From the NCBI GenBank assembly GCA_963719945.1, contig CAVRDX010000004.1, positions 334,402-398,401 of the forward strand: 64,000 bases of DNA, in the 5' to 3' direction. Origin of the DNA: an uncultured Thermoplasmata archaeon. GTDB lineage: Archaea > Thermoplasmatota > Thermoplasmata > UBA10834. Below the pieces are notes generated by a model. That model saw only the letters and a list, made by a program, of their open reading frames with translations, had not been told where the DNA came from and did not search any database. Positions 53,697-62,723 of this stretch are shown here, piece by piece. The number at the start of each line of letters is the position of its first letter. The first letter of the stretch is position 1. A program made the translations under genes and the position numbers.

Positions 53697-54935
53697 TCAT
53701 CGTGAAATCATCAGATCATAGACATCAGTGCAAGTGCGAGCGACACATGACCAGTCGCGACTGCCTTTCACCAGCATCGAACCCTGCGATCCAATTCGCT
53801 TCTGGAGTTCTGGCGATTTCGCAAGTCGCTCAATTCCATTGACCATCGTCGAAGGCGAATCTGGGTCCGAGAGAACAGAATTCACGCCATTGTCCAAGTA
53901 ATTCCTCGCACTTGTCAACCCTGTCACAATAGTGGGTTTTCCACTGGCCAGATATGTGAGTAGTTTGCCAGACTCGATGCTATCCATGAGTTGATTCCTG
54001 GGGTGAGGAACAAGCAGAATGTCTGCAGCCGCCAAATATGTCGGAAGCCAGGAATACGAGACTCCGGGAACAAGCATTAATCGACCAGGGAATCTTGTCT
54101 GTAGTCGGGCGAACTCATCCGCCTGTGAGCCAACGCCTACAATAATGCACTTCAGGCCAGGATCAATATCCTTCCGTGCGAGCAGCTCACAAACAACCTC
54201 CATCAAATAGCTCCCACCATGAAGGGGGTCAAGAGTCCCGATGTACATCACAACCGTTGCATTCTCTGCTCCCCAAGAGATTCTCAACCGACTGACTGCA
54301 TCCTTGCTCCACCCCTCAGAGATGTGAGTATAGTCAACACCATCGGGAATGACGCAGGTTTTCTCAATGTCGATATCGTTCTGGTCGACAATCCTATTTC
54401 TAAGACGAGCAGTCACAAATGATATCATATCTGCCTCGTTGAAAATTCGTTGTTCCCATTTCGAGACCTTCGAATAACTGTGATTCTCGACATGCTCGAT
54501 GACCGTGCCATTAACATCGGTCGGAAAGATCATGCCATGGTAGTCAAACAGCAGTTTCTGGTTTCCTATTCGCTTCTTCCTCTCCGCAATTGATGCTGCC
54601 CAATGTTGATGACAATGCAGGATAGAATAAGAATTGAGCACATCGAGACTAAGCTGGGGCAACGGAGAAATCATTCGGTGCGCAATCGACCTAAGATGAG
54701 TGGAGTCCATGAACCGAGACTCCAGCGGAGACCAAGGGCCATATAGTCTGATCAGCAATCTCACAAGCCGAAAGTCCGTCTTCTCGAAATTGCCAACAAG
54801 TTTTTCAGAACCGGATGCACAGATTGTGATCACTGAGTGACCCATTTCATTTAAACCCCTTGACAGACCCAAAACTCGCATTGATGTGCCTTCTGTCACT
54901 GAGCCGTTTATGGTCGAAATCTGCGCGACATTCAT
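53697..54935 (-). CDS. glycosyltransferase family 4 (GT-B)
   Basis: GT4-like N-terminus (GTSMRVLGLSRGLNEMGHSV) and C-terminal LLVPHP......ESGKLLTYLASGKPTIV. Confidence 0.85.
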   Translation of the reverse strand: MNVAQISTINGSVTEGTSMRVLGLSRGLNEMGHSVITICASGSEKLVGNFEKTDFRLVRLLIRLYGPWSPLESRFMDSTHLRSIAHRMISPLPQLSLDVLNSYSILHCHQHWAASIAERKKRIGNQKLLFDYHGMIFPTDVNGTVIEHVENHSYSKVSKWEQRIFNEADMISFVTARLRNRIVDQNDIDIEKTCVIPDGVDYTHISEGWSKDAVSRLRISWGAENATVVMYIGTLDPLHGGSYLMEVVCELLARKDIDPGLKCIIVGVGSQADEFARLQTRFPGRLMLVPGVSYSWLPTYLAAADILLVPHPRNQLMDSIESGKLLTYLASGKPTIVTGLTSARNYLDNGVNSVLSDPDSPSTMVNGIERLAKSPELQKRIGSQGSMLVKGSRDWSCVARTCTDVYDLMISR

Positions 54936-55447
54936 AATTGATGCGACGCATTGATTTCGCTAGTATTTCAATGGTGTTCATGGATTGTCTGTTTCGGGAT
55001 TTGTGCGTGGATGGTCCATGGTTTTTTAATCACGACCCAGGCGGGACCAACAGACAAGCTCATTGGCCAAGGCAACCCCATTCTCAACAATCTGCAGAGC
55101 TAGACGATTCGACGATGGCTCGAAGGCACCTGGCTCAACACTTCCCGAAATGTATGGTGGGAACTCGCCTTCTAAGAAACGGTAGTGGATCGTGTGGCGC
55201 GAATTGGCCTGACCGACATCGTCAACCAGACAATCCCAAATAGAACGGGCTACCGGTTGTCGAGCAGTCATTCATCATGACCATCTACCGTGTCTCGGTC
55301 CCACGCTCCGAGTACAATTATACTAATTTTTTGGATTCTATGGCTTCGACTTAAGGTATAAGGTTGCGCGTTTCTGTAGAGCAAAGACGATATACTCACT
55401 AAGTATTGGCACATATAATGGCTGGCCGTTGCCGTTCCTCTGGTAAA

Positions 55448-56569
55448 ATGCGAGTCCTCGTGATTGCCAAAGGAATTGAATCAACAAAGAAGTCGAAGGC
55501 AGATATCGCTCGTAGAATCGAAGCCCTCTGTGATTCGTTCGAAGTAACGGTTGTGACTTCATCATGGGCGGAATGCAGGAATATGTTCAGGAATGCGAGG
55601 ATAATCGGCATTCCTCAGCTATCTATTCCGAAACGTTCAGCATTTTTCTTACTCTTCTGCTGGTTTGTGCTGCCGTTCATCCGCTCAGATGTCGTGTACC
55701 TATCTGAAATATACAATGCTCCCACAATCCTCACAATATGTGGTCGTAGAATCGTCTGCTATGGCAATACCCACCCATTGCAGCACACGATTGGCGCCCG
55801 CCAGTGTGTCGGTCCATGGTCGTCCCTCATTTACAGGTTGTACGGCTTGATCATTCGGTCTGGCTTGAAGAGATGCGATCTCATACTCGCAATCTCCCCT
55901 CAGCTCACGGATGCATATATTGCATGGGGAATCCGTAAATCGCGAGTCAAGACTCTCGAGGTAGGTGTCTCATTGGATGAATTCTCTCCGCCCGATAATC
56001 TGCCGGATGAGAACATCCGTCCGTTCGTTGCGGTTCATCATGGCACGTTGTCTCTCGAACGTGGGCTCGATGTAATTCTGGGCGCTGCGAAGATTCTATC
56101 TGATAATCGAAGAGATTTCAAGATACGCCTTGTTGGTTGCGACAATTCGGTTGCGAACGAGATATCAGAAGCTACCTCTCGCTTTGGAATCACGGACTTA
56201 TTCGAGGTACACCCACCGATGCCGCATTCGGAGATTCCCCAGATGTTATGGTCTTCCCATTGTGGTATATCCCTCCTCGAGCCCAATGTTTATTTTAGCG
56301 CTTCGCCGCCGCTGAAAGTTCTCGAATACTTGGCCGCTGGATTGCCTGTGATCGCTAATGATTTGCCTACTCATCACCTATTCTTGAAGAATAATTCCAA
56401 CTCGATGATTATCGAATACACGGCGGAATCATTGGCCGAAGCCCTCCAGCGAATCATGGATGACCCATCGTTTCGCACGAGGCTGTCTCAGAATGCTCTT
56501 ATCGCCGCCTCTGGGCACTCAGACTCGAGATCGATATCGCGACTGTTGGAATACATCTCATCCATCTGA
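55448..56569 (+). CDS. glycosyltransferase family 4 (GT-B)
   Basis: MRVLVIAKG..., FVAVHHGTLSLERG, and LKVLEYLAAGLPVIAND (EX7E region). Confidence 0.85.
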   Translation: MRVLVIAKGIESTKKSKADIARRIEALCDSFEVTVVTSSWAECRNMFRNARIIGIPQLSIPKRSAFFLLFCWFVLPFIRSDVVYLSEIYNAPTILTICGRRIVCYGNTHPLQHTIGARQCVGPWSSLIYRLYGLIIRSGLKRCDLILAISPQLTDAYIAWGIRKSRVKTLEVGVSLDEFSPPDNLPDENIRPFVAVHHGTLSLERGLDVILGAAKILSDNRRDFKIRLVGCDNSVANEISEATSRFGITDLFEVHPPMPHSEIPQMLWSSHCGISLLEPNVYFSASPPLKVLEYLAAGLPVIANDLPTHHLFLKNNSNSMIIEYTAESLAEALQRIMDDPSFRTRLSQNALIAASGHSDSRSISRLLEYISSI

Positions 56570-56738
56570 ATGCCCTATTAAATGTGACAACCCTTGCTCA
56601 AAATCGATGCGTATGATACAGTCTGGAACGTTGATTCAACCAGTAGAGCATACACTTTCGAGAGGTTTATGTATCTTTGCTATCTGCTCAGACAAAGTAT
56701 TAAAAACTGTACCCTCTTGACCGAGGAGAGGATTCCGA

Positions 56739-58421
56739 TTGTCTCTCGGTCATTCCCGATGGTCATCAGAACGCGCCGTCAGAGTTCTCTCCTCGCGCGG
56801 ATTCCTATTGGCATTAATCGTAATCCTCGTGCTATCCACGCGGCTTCTTCCGCTCTCTATCTCCCCTTTGCCGTACAATAACGATAGCATCACGGAATCG
56901 AGAATCGCGAGCGACATACTCGAGGCCGGTCACCTCGAATATCCGGAGACCAGTTTTTACTATGATACACATAGCACCATCACCCCTCTATTCGATGTCA
57001 TACTGGCATTCGTTGCTGGAGCTGTTGGTTCGACACCATTCGACATCTCTCAATCAGTTATTGCCATGATCTCGCTCCTTACAATCGTAGGGGTGTACGT
57101 GATTGCACTTCGCATTAGCCGGAATAGGACCGGGGCTCTCGCGGCGACCATGTTCGCATCCCTCTTTGGAACATTCATCTTCCTGACGGGCTCGGCCTGG
57201 AAGGAATCGATGGGCGTCGCACTTCTGGTTCTCTTGATCTATTCGTATATGTCCAGAAGGGACAGGAAATATTTGATGGTCGAGCTGGCTGTTCTGGCCA
57301 TTCTTCCACTTACCCATCACCTCGTGGCAGTGATCGCATATCTCATGCTGGCGTATCTGACATCGTGGTCAGTAATTGTATCGATACTTCAGAAGAAACT
57401 AGGGAAGACGCAGATAATCGATCTCATGATAATCGTGACCCTCTCGATAGTTTCCTACACGTACTATTCCGCGACTTCATTGTCTCGTTTGTCATACCTG
57501 GATTCCATTTCGGACGCAATAGTCATAGGTCTGCTCTTTGCGGGCTTGTTCGCAGCCATGCTGGTCGTTCTTACAAGGAAATCTCACGCAAAGATCACAT
57601 TCGCGTCCATCCCCGCAGTATTCCTCATGGCTTTCGTGGTCTGGGACTATTTCGATCCGATTTTCCCATATGCCCAAGGATTCTCTAGCAATGTCCTGAT
57701 TCTTGGATTGGTTTCCTCATTTATAGTGGGCATTGCCTGGTTCGGATTCGAGATTATCATAGAATCGAAATCCGAGTTCCGTACGATACCGATTGGTGCC
57801 TTGCTGCCTGTGTTGACATTGTTGGCATATGCGGTCATGACCTCGGATTCGCTATCTGGTCACAAGATGATGTATCGGACCTTCGATTTCGCAGATATCA
57901 CACTAGCCATAGGCATATCGATAACAGTTGCCCATTTCAGGGATAAATTGAAGCTACGGGCAATAATCGTTCTTGTGTTACTGATAGCCTTACTCATCAC
58001 ATTGCCATTCGCCTACTACACGAATACCCTGCTGGGCATGAGGCACGACACGCAGGAGTATGAAGTGGATGCTCTGACTTGGATTGACTACCACGCAAGC
58101 AATGACCAATTCATACGTAGTGACGAGAGAATATCCTATGTTGCGCGTGCGATTTATGATATGAATAAGGATCCCTATTTGCCCAGCATAATGTTGGAGG
58201 GTAGATTGTCCGCGTCCAACTGTCTGAACATCTTCTTGGAGGAATGGACGACTTCTGGAGTGAACGACTATCCGCGTGGCTATGTTGTAATAGATGCTGA
58301 ATATGCTGATGCGATCCTATGCGCCTCAAACCTACTTTACGTCGGCGGGCCAGTATCTGATAATATACTCGTATTCCAGTGCTCCGATGTTGCATACGAT
58401 CATCTGTCGCTCGATTTGTGA
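56739..58421 (+). CDS. polytopic membrane protein with C-terminal soluble domain, paralog of 43677..45386
   Basis: Shares PYNNDSITESRIASDILEAG, VIAMI and PLTHHLVAV with the paralog, with the same helix count and order. TTG start. Confidence 0.7.
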   Translation: MSLGHSRWSSERAVRVLSSRGFLLALIVILVLSTRLLPLSISPLPYNNDSITESRIASDILEAGHLEYPETSFYYDTHSTITPLFDVILAFVAGAVGSTPFDISQSVIAMISLLTIVGVYVIALRISRNRTGALAATMFASLFGTFIFLTGSAWKESMGVALLVLLIYSYMSRRDRKYLMVELAVLAILPLTHHLVAVIAYLMLAYLTSWSVIVSILQKKLGKTQIIDLMIIVTLSIVSYTYYSATSLSRLSYLDSISDAIVIGLLFAGLFAAMLVVLTRKSHAKITFASIPAVFLMAFVVWDYFDPIFPYAQGFSSNVLILGLVSSFIVGIAWFGFEIIIESKSEFRTIPIGALLPVLTLLAYAVMTSDSLSGHKMMYRTFDFADITLAIGISITVAHFRDKLKLRAIIVLVLLIALLITLPFAYYTNTLLGMRHDTQEYEVDALTWIDYHASNDQFIRSDERISYVARAIYDMNKDPYLPSIMLEGRLSASNCLNIFLEEWTTSGVNDYPRGYVVIDAEYADAILCASNLLYVGGPVSDNILVFQCSDVAYDHLSLDL

Positions 58422-58453
58422 GAACCTTTAATAAATCCTTCATGAGTTGCTCG

Positions 58454-59418
58454 TTAGGTTGCGAAGTCGACGGATATCACGAAGACACAGACAACGATTT
58501 CAAGAAGCCATATCATAATCACAAGTCCCGCTTCTGTAAGCTTCATCCTCTTCATGAATACATGGGTGAGCGATTCGATAGCGCCATGGTATTCAAGATG
58601 GCCGTTTCCAGCGTTCGAGCAGTAGTTCTCAGCTCTGAACTTCCCACCTAGCTTCAGGAAGAATTCGATAATCATGGGTATGAATATCACGATAGTCTGG
58701 ATGTAAAGGCTTGAAAGCATTCCTGCAACCGCGATGGTCGCTCCCGTGAACAACATCAGCGTGTCTCCTGGGAACATCTTGGCCGGGTATTTGTTGAACC
58801 ATAGGAACGCCACTAGGCATCCGAGAAGAGGTATGAGCAGGTAGATTCCATCAAGCCGATCATGGTGGAATGCGAGGACTACTAGGGTTGAGGACATTAT
58901 GATGCCCAACCCGGTTCCAAGGCCATTGAATCCTTCAAGCATGTTACCCGCGTTGGCGGCGCAAGTAATTGCAAAAGGCGCGGCTATTATCATTAAAGGG
59001 CCGAAGTCCACATCTGCCAAAGAACGGAAGGTTGATCGTGGGTTCTAGATGCAGCCCCAAGTGGGAGCGCGAGCAGGAATGGAAAGAACGCCTTCTGTCG
59101 CTGCCTGAGCTCAAAGAGGTCATCCACCATGCCTATGAAAGCAGCACCGAGGACGACTGCCAGTGATACATTCAGAAGCGAGACATTGGTGATGCCATCC
59201 ACGGCAAGCAGGAGGCTCACGCCTGCAAAGAAACCGATGACAACAGCGATGCCGCCCATTTCGGCAACCTGTGGGGTGCCTGGCTTATTGAGGTCTCTGC
59301 CGACGATGCCTCTGGCTTTTAACTTGGGCATCATCCAGGGTATGATGAGGAATGTCATCGCAAAAGCGACTGCGAATGCTCCGATGTATGCGAACTCGTC
59401 AGCCAACTGAGTACCCAC
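58454..59418 (-). pseudogene. MraY/WecA-family polyprenyl-phosphate HexNAc-1-phosphate transferase (AglH-like), broken by two +1 frame changes
   Basis: N-part (58993..59418): ..IGMVDDLFELRQRQKAFFPFLLALPLGAA. C-part (58454..59020): VDFGPLMIIAAPFAITCAANAGNMLEGFNGLGTGLG. The connecting peptide LEPTINLPFFG is readable only in the third frame at 59048-59016. Confidence 0.75.
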
Positions 59419-59504
59419 CTGTCATCTACCGGGCATATTTCATACTTTCCAGGTAACGATGTCCAAATAAATACATTCATGTCGCGTGGAATAGGCCATG
59501 ACAA

Positions 59505-60176
59505 TCATCCCTGACTCTCAAGCTCTGCGGAACCTTCCAAGAGCCTTATCCTCTTCGTTGAATGAGCTGCCAGGCTCGGGTCATGTGTAGCTAGCACTAC
59601 CGTGGTACCGAACTCCTTCCTTGCCAATTGGAACATTTCGATCACGTTCTCCGCGTTCTCATCGTCCAGGTTGCCCGTAGGCTCGTCCGCGAGGATGATC
59701 CGTGGGTTGTTCATCATAGCCCTCGCGATAGCTGTCCTCTGGGCCTCTCCGCCGCTGATCTTGTTCGCCCTCTCACCAGCGATATCGGCTATATCGAACT
59801 TCTCGAGCAGCTCCCCCACCCTGCCTGCATCCTTCTTCTTTGAGAATTTCAACGGAAGTTCCAGATTCTCCCTGACTGTGAGATCGAGGAGCAGATTATA
59901 ATCCTGGAAAACGAAACCAATCTTCTCGAGGCGTAGGGTTGCGAGTGCATCTTCGGTCAGCCCGACGATGCTCGTACCGTCTATCGCGATGTCTCCCGAT
60001 GAAGGTCTGTCGAGTCCGCCTATGATGTTCAGCAACGTTGTCTTCCCGCATCCGGACTTTCCGTATACAGTCACGAAGTCTCGATCATCCACTATGAAGG
60101 AGACACGGTTTAGGACCGGCTGTCTTCCATTGTACGTCTTGACCAGGTCCTTGATCTCTATCACGGGTGGAGCCAT
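59505..60176 (-). CDS. ABC transporter ATP-binding protein (MacB/LolD/FtsE-like), no permease adjacent
   Basis: Walker A GKSGCGKTT, signature ISGGEAQR, Walker B ILADEPT, H-loop ATHD. Confidence 0.9.
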   Translation of the reverse strand: MAPPVIEIKDLVKTYNGRQPVLNRVSFIVDDRDFVTVYGKSGCGKTTLLNIIGGLDRPSSGDIAIDGTSIVGLTEDALATLRLEKIGFVFQDYNLLLDLTVRENLELPLKFSKKKDAGRVGELLEKFDIADIAGERANKISGGEAQRTAIARAMMNNPRIILADEPTGNLDDENAENVIEMFQLARKEFGTTVVLATHDPSLAAHSTKRIRLLEGSAELESQG

Positions 60177-60408
60177 GTACGCCTTGGCTACCCTCGCCTG
60201 AGGTAATAATTGTTTCTGAAACCGCCGCTCATCGGAGTGATTTACATATGGTGTCGTGCATCATGTCCTCGGTTGTATTCGATGCTTCGGCTTGGTGCGA
60301 TGGTCAGCTTGAATGATTATTCCAGTATGAGAATACCTGGCGCGGATTTCTCGGAGCTGTTGTTGTTCAACGGGGATCTGAATATTATCGACGGAGCAGA
60401 TCTCGGAT

Positions 60409-61074
60409 ATGCGTTCCGCCGTGCCGCGCATCGAACTCGTACATGTCTCGGAGTTCATGGAGTGCGAAGGGTCAGAGGTCATGGTCGATCTATCGTCCGA
60501 ATCGGAGACGGTCAGGTCATCTTCCGTGGACATCGTGCGCAGGACGAGGGAAATCGCAAGATCGCTGGGTTGCGCGATGGTCGTCGTGCATCCTGGAGGT
60601 ATCCGCAGTTCGCGGGTCGACCGTTCTATTCTGCTCAAGAACCTGAAACGGTCATTGGCCGACCTCGGTCCCGAGAACATCTTGCTCGAGAACATGCCAT
60701 GGTACTATTGGTACAGGAAGGAGCAGCAGATGATCTCCAACATCTGCGTTTCGATAGATGACCTGATGCTCGTTCAGGACCTCGTCGACGGATTCACGCT
60801 AGACCTGTGCCATGGATATCTCTCACGTCCGGAAGGCGATGAAGGATACAACGGACGTTTCATCGAGGCTTTTGGATCGGATGTCATGCACATTCACGCT
60901 TCCGATGCGAAGGCGCCTGACCGCGAAGGTCTGCAGATCGGAGAGGGTGATGTGGACTTCTCAGTGCTAAGTGGATCAGAGGTCCCAATCCTCGTCGAGG
61001 TATGGAATGGTCACGTCAATAACGGAGAAGGGTTCAAAACAGGTATAGCGCGCCTGAGCGGGATGCTCAGATGA
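60409..61074 (+). CDS. xylose-isomerase-like TIM-barrel protein (sugar phosphate isomerase/epimerase family); N-terminus possibly displaced into another frame
   Basis: VVVHPGG, LLENMP, LDLCHG and HIHASD blocks. A plausible first strand MLRLGAMVSL... is encoded from ATG 60282 in the -1-offset frame, which overlaps this frame at 60383-60410. Confidence 0.7.
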   Translation: MRSAVPRIELVHVSEFMECEGSEVMVDLSSESETVRSSSVDIVRRTREIARSLGCAMVVVHPGGIRSSRVDRSILLKNLKRSLADLGPENILLENMPWYYWYRKEQQMISNICVSIDDLMLVQDLVDGFTLDLCHGYLSRPEGDEGYNGRFIEAFGSDVMHIHASDAKAPDREGLQIGEGDVDFSVLSGSEVPILVEVWNGHVNNGEGFKTGIARLSGMLR

Positions 61075-61360
61075 TCGATATAGGACCGACCGTCATGCTC
61101 GCGGTGAGAGTAAGGACGAGGAACACGATGAACACTGATTGAAGATGGTTCGATCGGATCTTTGTCGCAAGTCGCTGTTCCTGAAATTGATATTTCAATC
61201 GAGTCCTCTCCTGTATGTCGAAATGCTGAGAGAGTCTCAGTGCATCCCAGTGATGTGATTGTCTTCGCTCCGATATCTAGTTTTTCTCTGCCAAGGTCGT
61301 CCACTCCCCAATCGAAAAGGACAAATGGTACCTTCGGCAATCCTCACCTGAGGCCCTGGG

Positions 61361-61606
61361 ATGCAGCTTTCGGAGAAGATAGCCCTTGCGATGTTGATAT
61401 GGGTGTTCTTCGCCCTCGTGCTCTCGATGGGTGCTGGCCTGGAAGTGTTCCTCACTCTCATATTGATTGGAGTGTTGGTCATCCGCGAGCTGACAGATTC
61501 GTTCACTCCTCTTCATCTGAAGGAACGTATCGACTTCTTCATCTACACATTCCTAGTCGTCTTCGCGATCATAGTCGTGAGACGTGTCTGGGAGATACTG
61601 TCATAA
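61361..61606 (+). CDS. small hydrophobic protein (81 aa, about 3 TM)
   Basis: MQLSEKIALAMLIWVFFALVLSMGAGLEVFLTLILIGVLVI...FFIYTFLVVFAIIVV. No family recognised. Confidence 0.4.
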   Translation: MQLSEKIALAMLIWVFFALVLSMGAGLEVFLTLILIGVLVIRELTDSFTPLHLKERIDFFIYTFLVVFAIIVVRRVWEILS

Positions 61607-61684
61607 TGCAATAGTGTGATCTCGCTCCCGCTGGATCATGAAATGGATCATACTTCGGTGAGACCAGTGCGCTCACTCGGAACT

Positions 61685-62509
61685 CTATTCCTTCTTCTTG
61701 AGACCGAGTTCCGCCGAACGCAGCGAAGCCACTTCGACCGCATCGATCAACATAGCCTTGAGTCCGTTCCTCTCGAGCGAGTGGAGCGCGCTTATCGCGG
61801 TGCCACCAGGTGAGGTCACGAGGTCCTTCAGCTTCGCGGGGTGCTCCTTCGTCTCCTGTATCAGCTTGGAGGATCCTATGAGCGTCTGCACCGCGAGCGT
61901 GTTGGCGATGTCCCTGGACAGCCCTACCTTGACGCCTGCGTCGGAAAGGCCTTCGAGTATCTGGAAGACGTACATTGGTCCGGTACCGCTCAGGCCAGTG
62001 ACGGCGTCCATGAGCACCTCTTCGACCTCGACCACTATGCCGACCGATTCGAATATGTGCTGAGCGGCGGCCATGTCAGTCTCAGTCGCGTACTTGCCCG
62101 GACAGATCGCAGTAGCGGCTTCTCTGACCACAGCCGCGATGTTCGGCATCGCTCTGACCACGGGGACCTTGCCGCCGGATTTCTTCTCCATCTCGGAGGT
62201 CGTGAGTCCGGCCGCGACAGAGATCAGTAGTTTGCTGTCCTTCAGGGCTGGCTTGATCTCGTCTATCACTTTGAGGAGTATCTGCGGTTTCACGGACAGC
62301 ACTATTATGTCCGCGAACTGAGCCGCTTCGTTATTGGAGTGAGAGACAACGACCCCTGGCACCAGAGTCTTGATGTGCTCGAACCTAGACTTCAGAGGTT
62401 CAGCTACCATGATATGATCCGGTGCTGCCCACGTGGTCTGGAGTATGCCCTTCGCAAGGGCAATACCCATGTTGCCTCCGCCGATGATGGCTATCTTCTT
62501 GTTGTTCAT
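61685..62509 (-). CDS. proC: pyrroline-5-carboxylate reductase
   Basis: KIAIIGGGNMG, VRAMPN, and the C-terminal TSPGGTAI block. Confidence 0.92.
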   Translation of the reverse strand: MNNKKIAIIGGGNMGIALAKGILQTTWAAPDHIMVAEPLKSRFEHIKTLVPGVVVSHSNNEAAQFADIIVLSVKPQILLKVIDEIKPALKDSKLLISVAAGLTTSEMEKKSGGKVPVVRAMPNIAAVVREAATAICPGKYATETDMAAAQHIFESVGIVVEVEEVLMDAVTGLSGTGPMYVFQILEGLSDAGVKVGLSRDIANTLAVQTLIGSSKLIQETKEHPAKLKDLVTSPGGTAISALHSLERNGLKAMLIDAVEVASLRSAELGLKKKE

Positions 62510-62723
62510 GGTGGTCCCTTGTCTGTTATATTGGCCACAATGAGCCGGATATATAATCTAAACGGTACAGAATTGGACGTTCTCCCCGCGGCTTGGTCGC
62601 CATCACGACGTGGGCCGAATATACAATTTCGTATATGACGAGAATGTATTATACTTAAATGTATATTGGAGTAGCATACATGCATTGGCGGGACTGTAGT
62701 GCCAGAGGTCGCGTCCAGGTGGT

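Larger units (their letters stand above)
42530..59450. other. AT-richer envelope-glycan gene island
   Basis: Hand counts of G+C in single 60-nt lines: 27/60 (44401), 24/60 (50041) and 28/60 (58681) inside, versus 30/60 (41401), 37/60 (59701) and 35/60 (20041) outside. All genes inside are glycan or envelope related. Confidence 0.6.

Noticed and set aside
57630-57660. VVWDYFDP in the 56739..58421 protein as the WWDYG motif of an AglB/PglB oligosaccharyltransferase.
   Set aside because: The motif lies between membrane helices in the middle of the protein, not at the start of a large C-terminal soluble domain. The Gly is missing, no DK/MI-type motif follows, and the paralog at 43677..45386 lacks it altogether.
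42530-59450. The AT-rich island as a prophage, integrative element or IS-bounded transposon.
   Set aside because: I found no integrase, transposase, capsid or terminase-like gene, tRNA attachment site or terminal repeat. All genes have glycan or envelope functions.
61011-61340. The minus-strand 109-codon ORF and the overlapping plus ORF 61162..61614, between the TIM-barrel gene and the small membrane protein.
   Set aside because: There is no motif. The ORF overlaps the 3' end of the TIM-barrel gene by 64 nt, and its start would be only 20 nt from the divergent gene at 61361. I cannot decide coding status by eye and left it unannotated.
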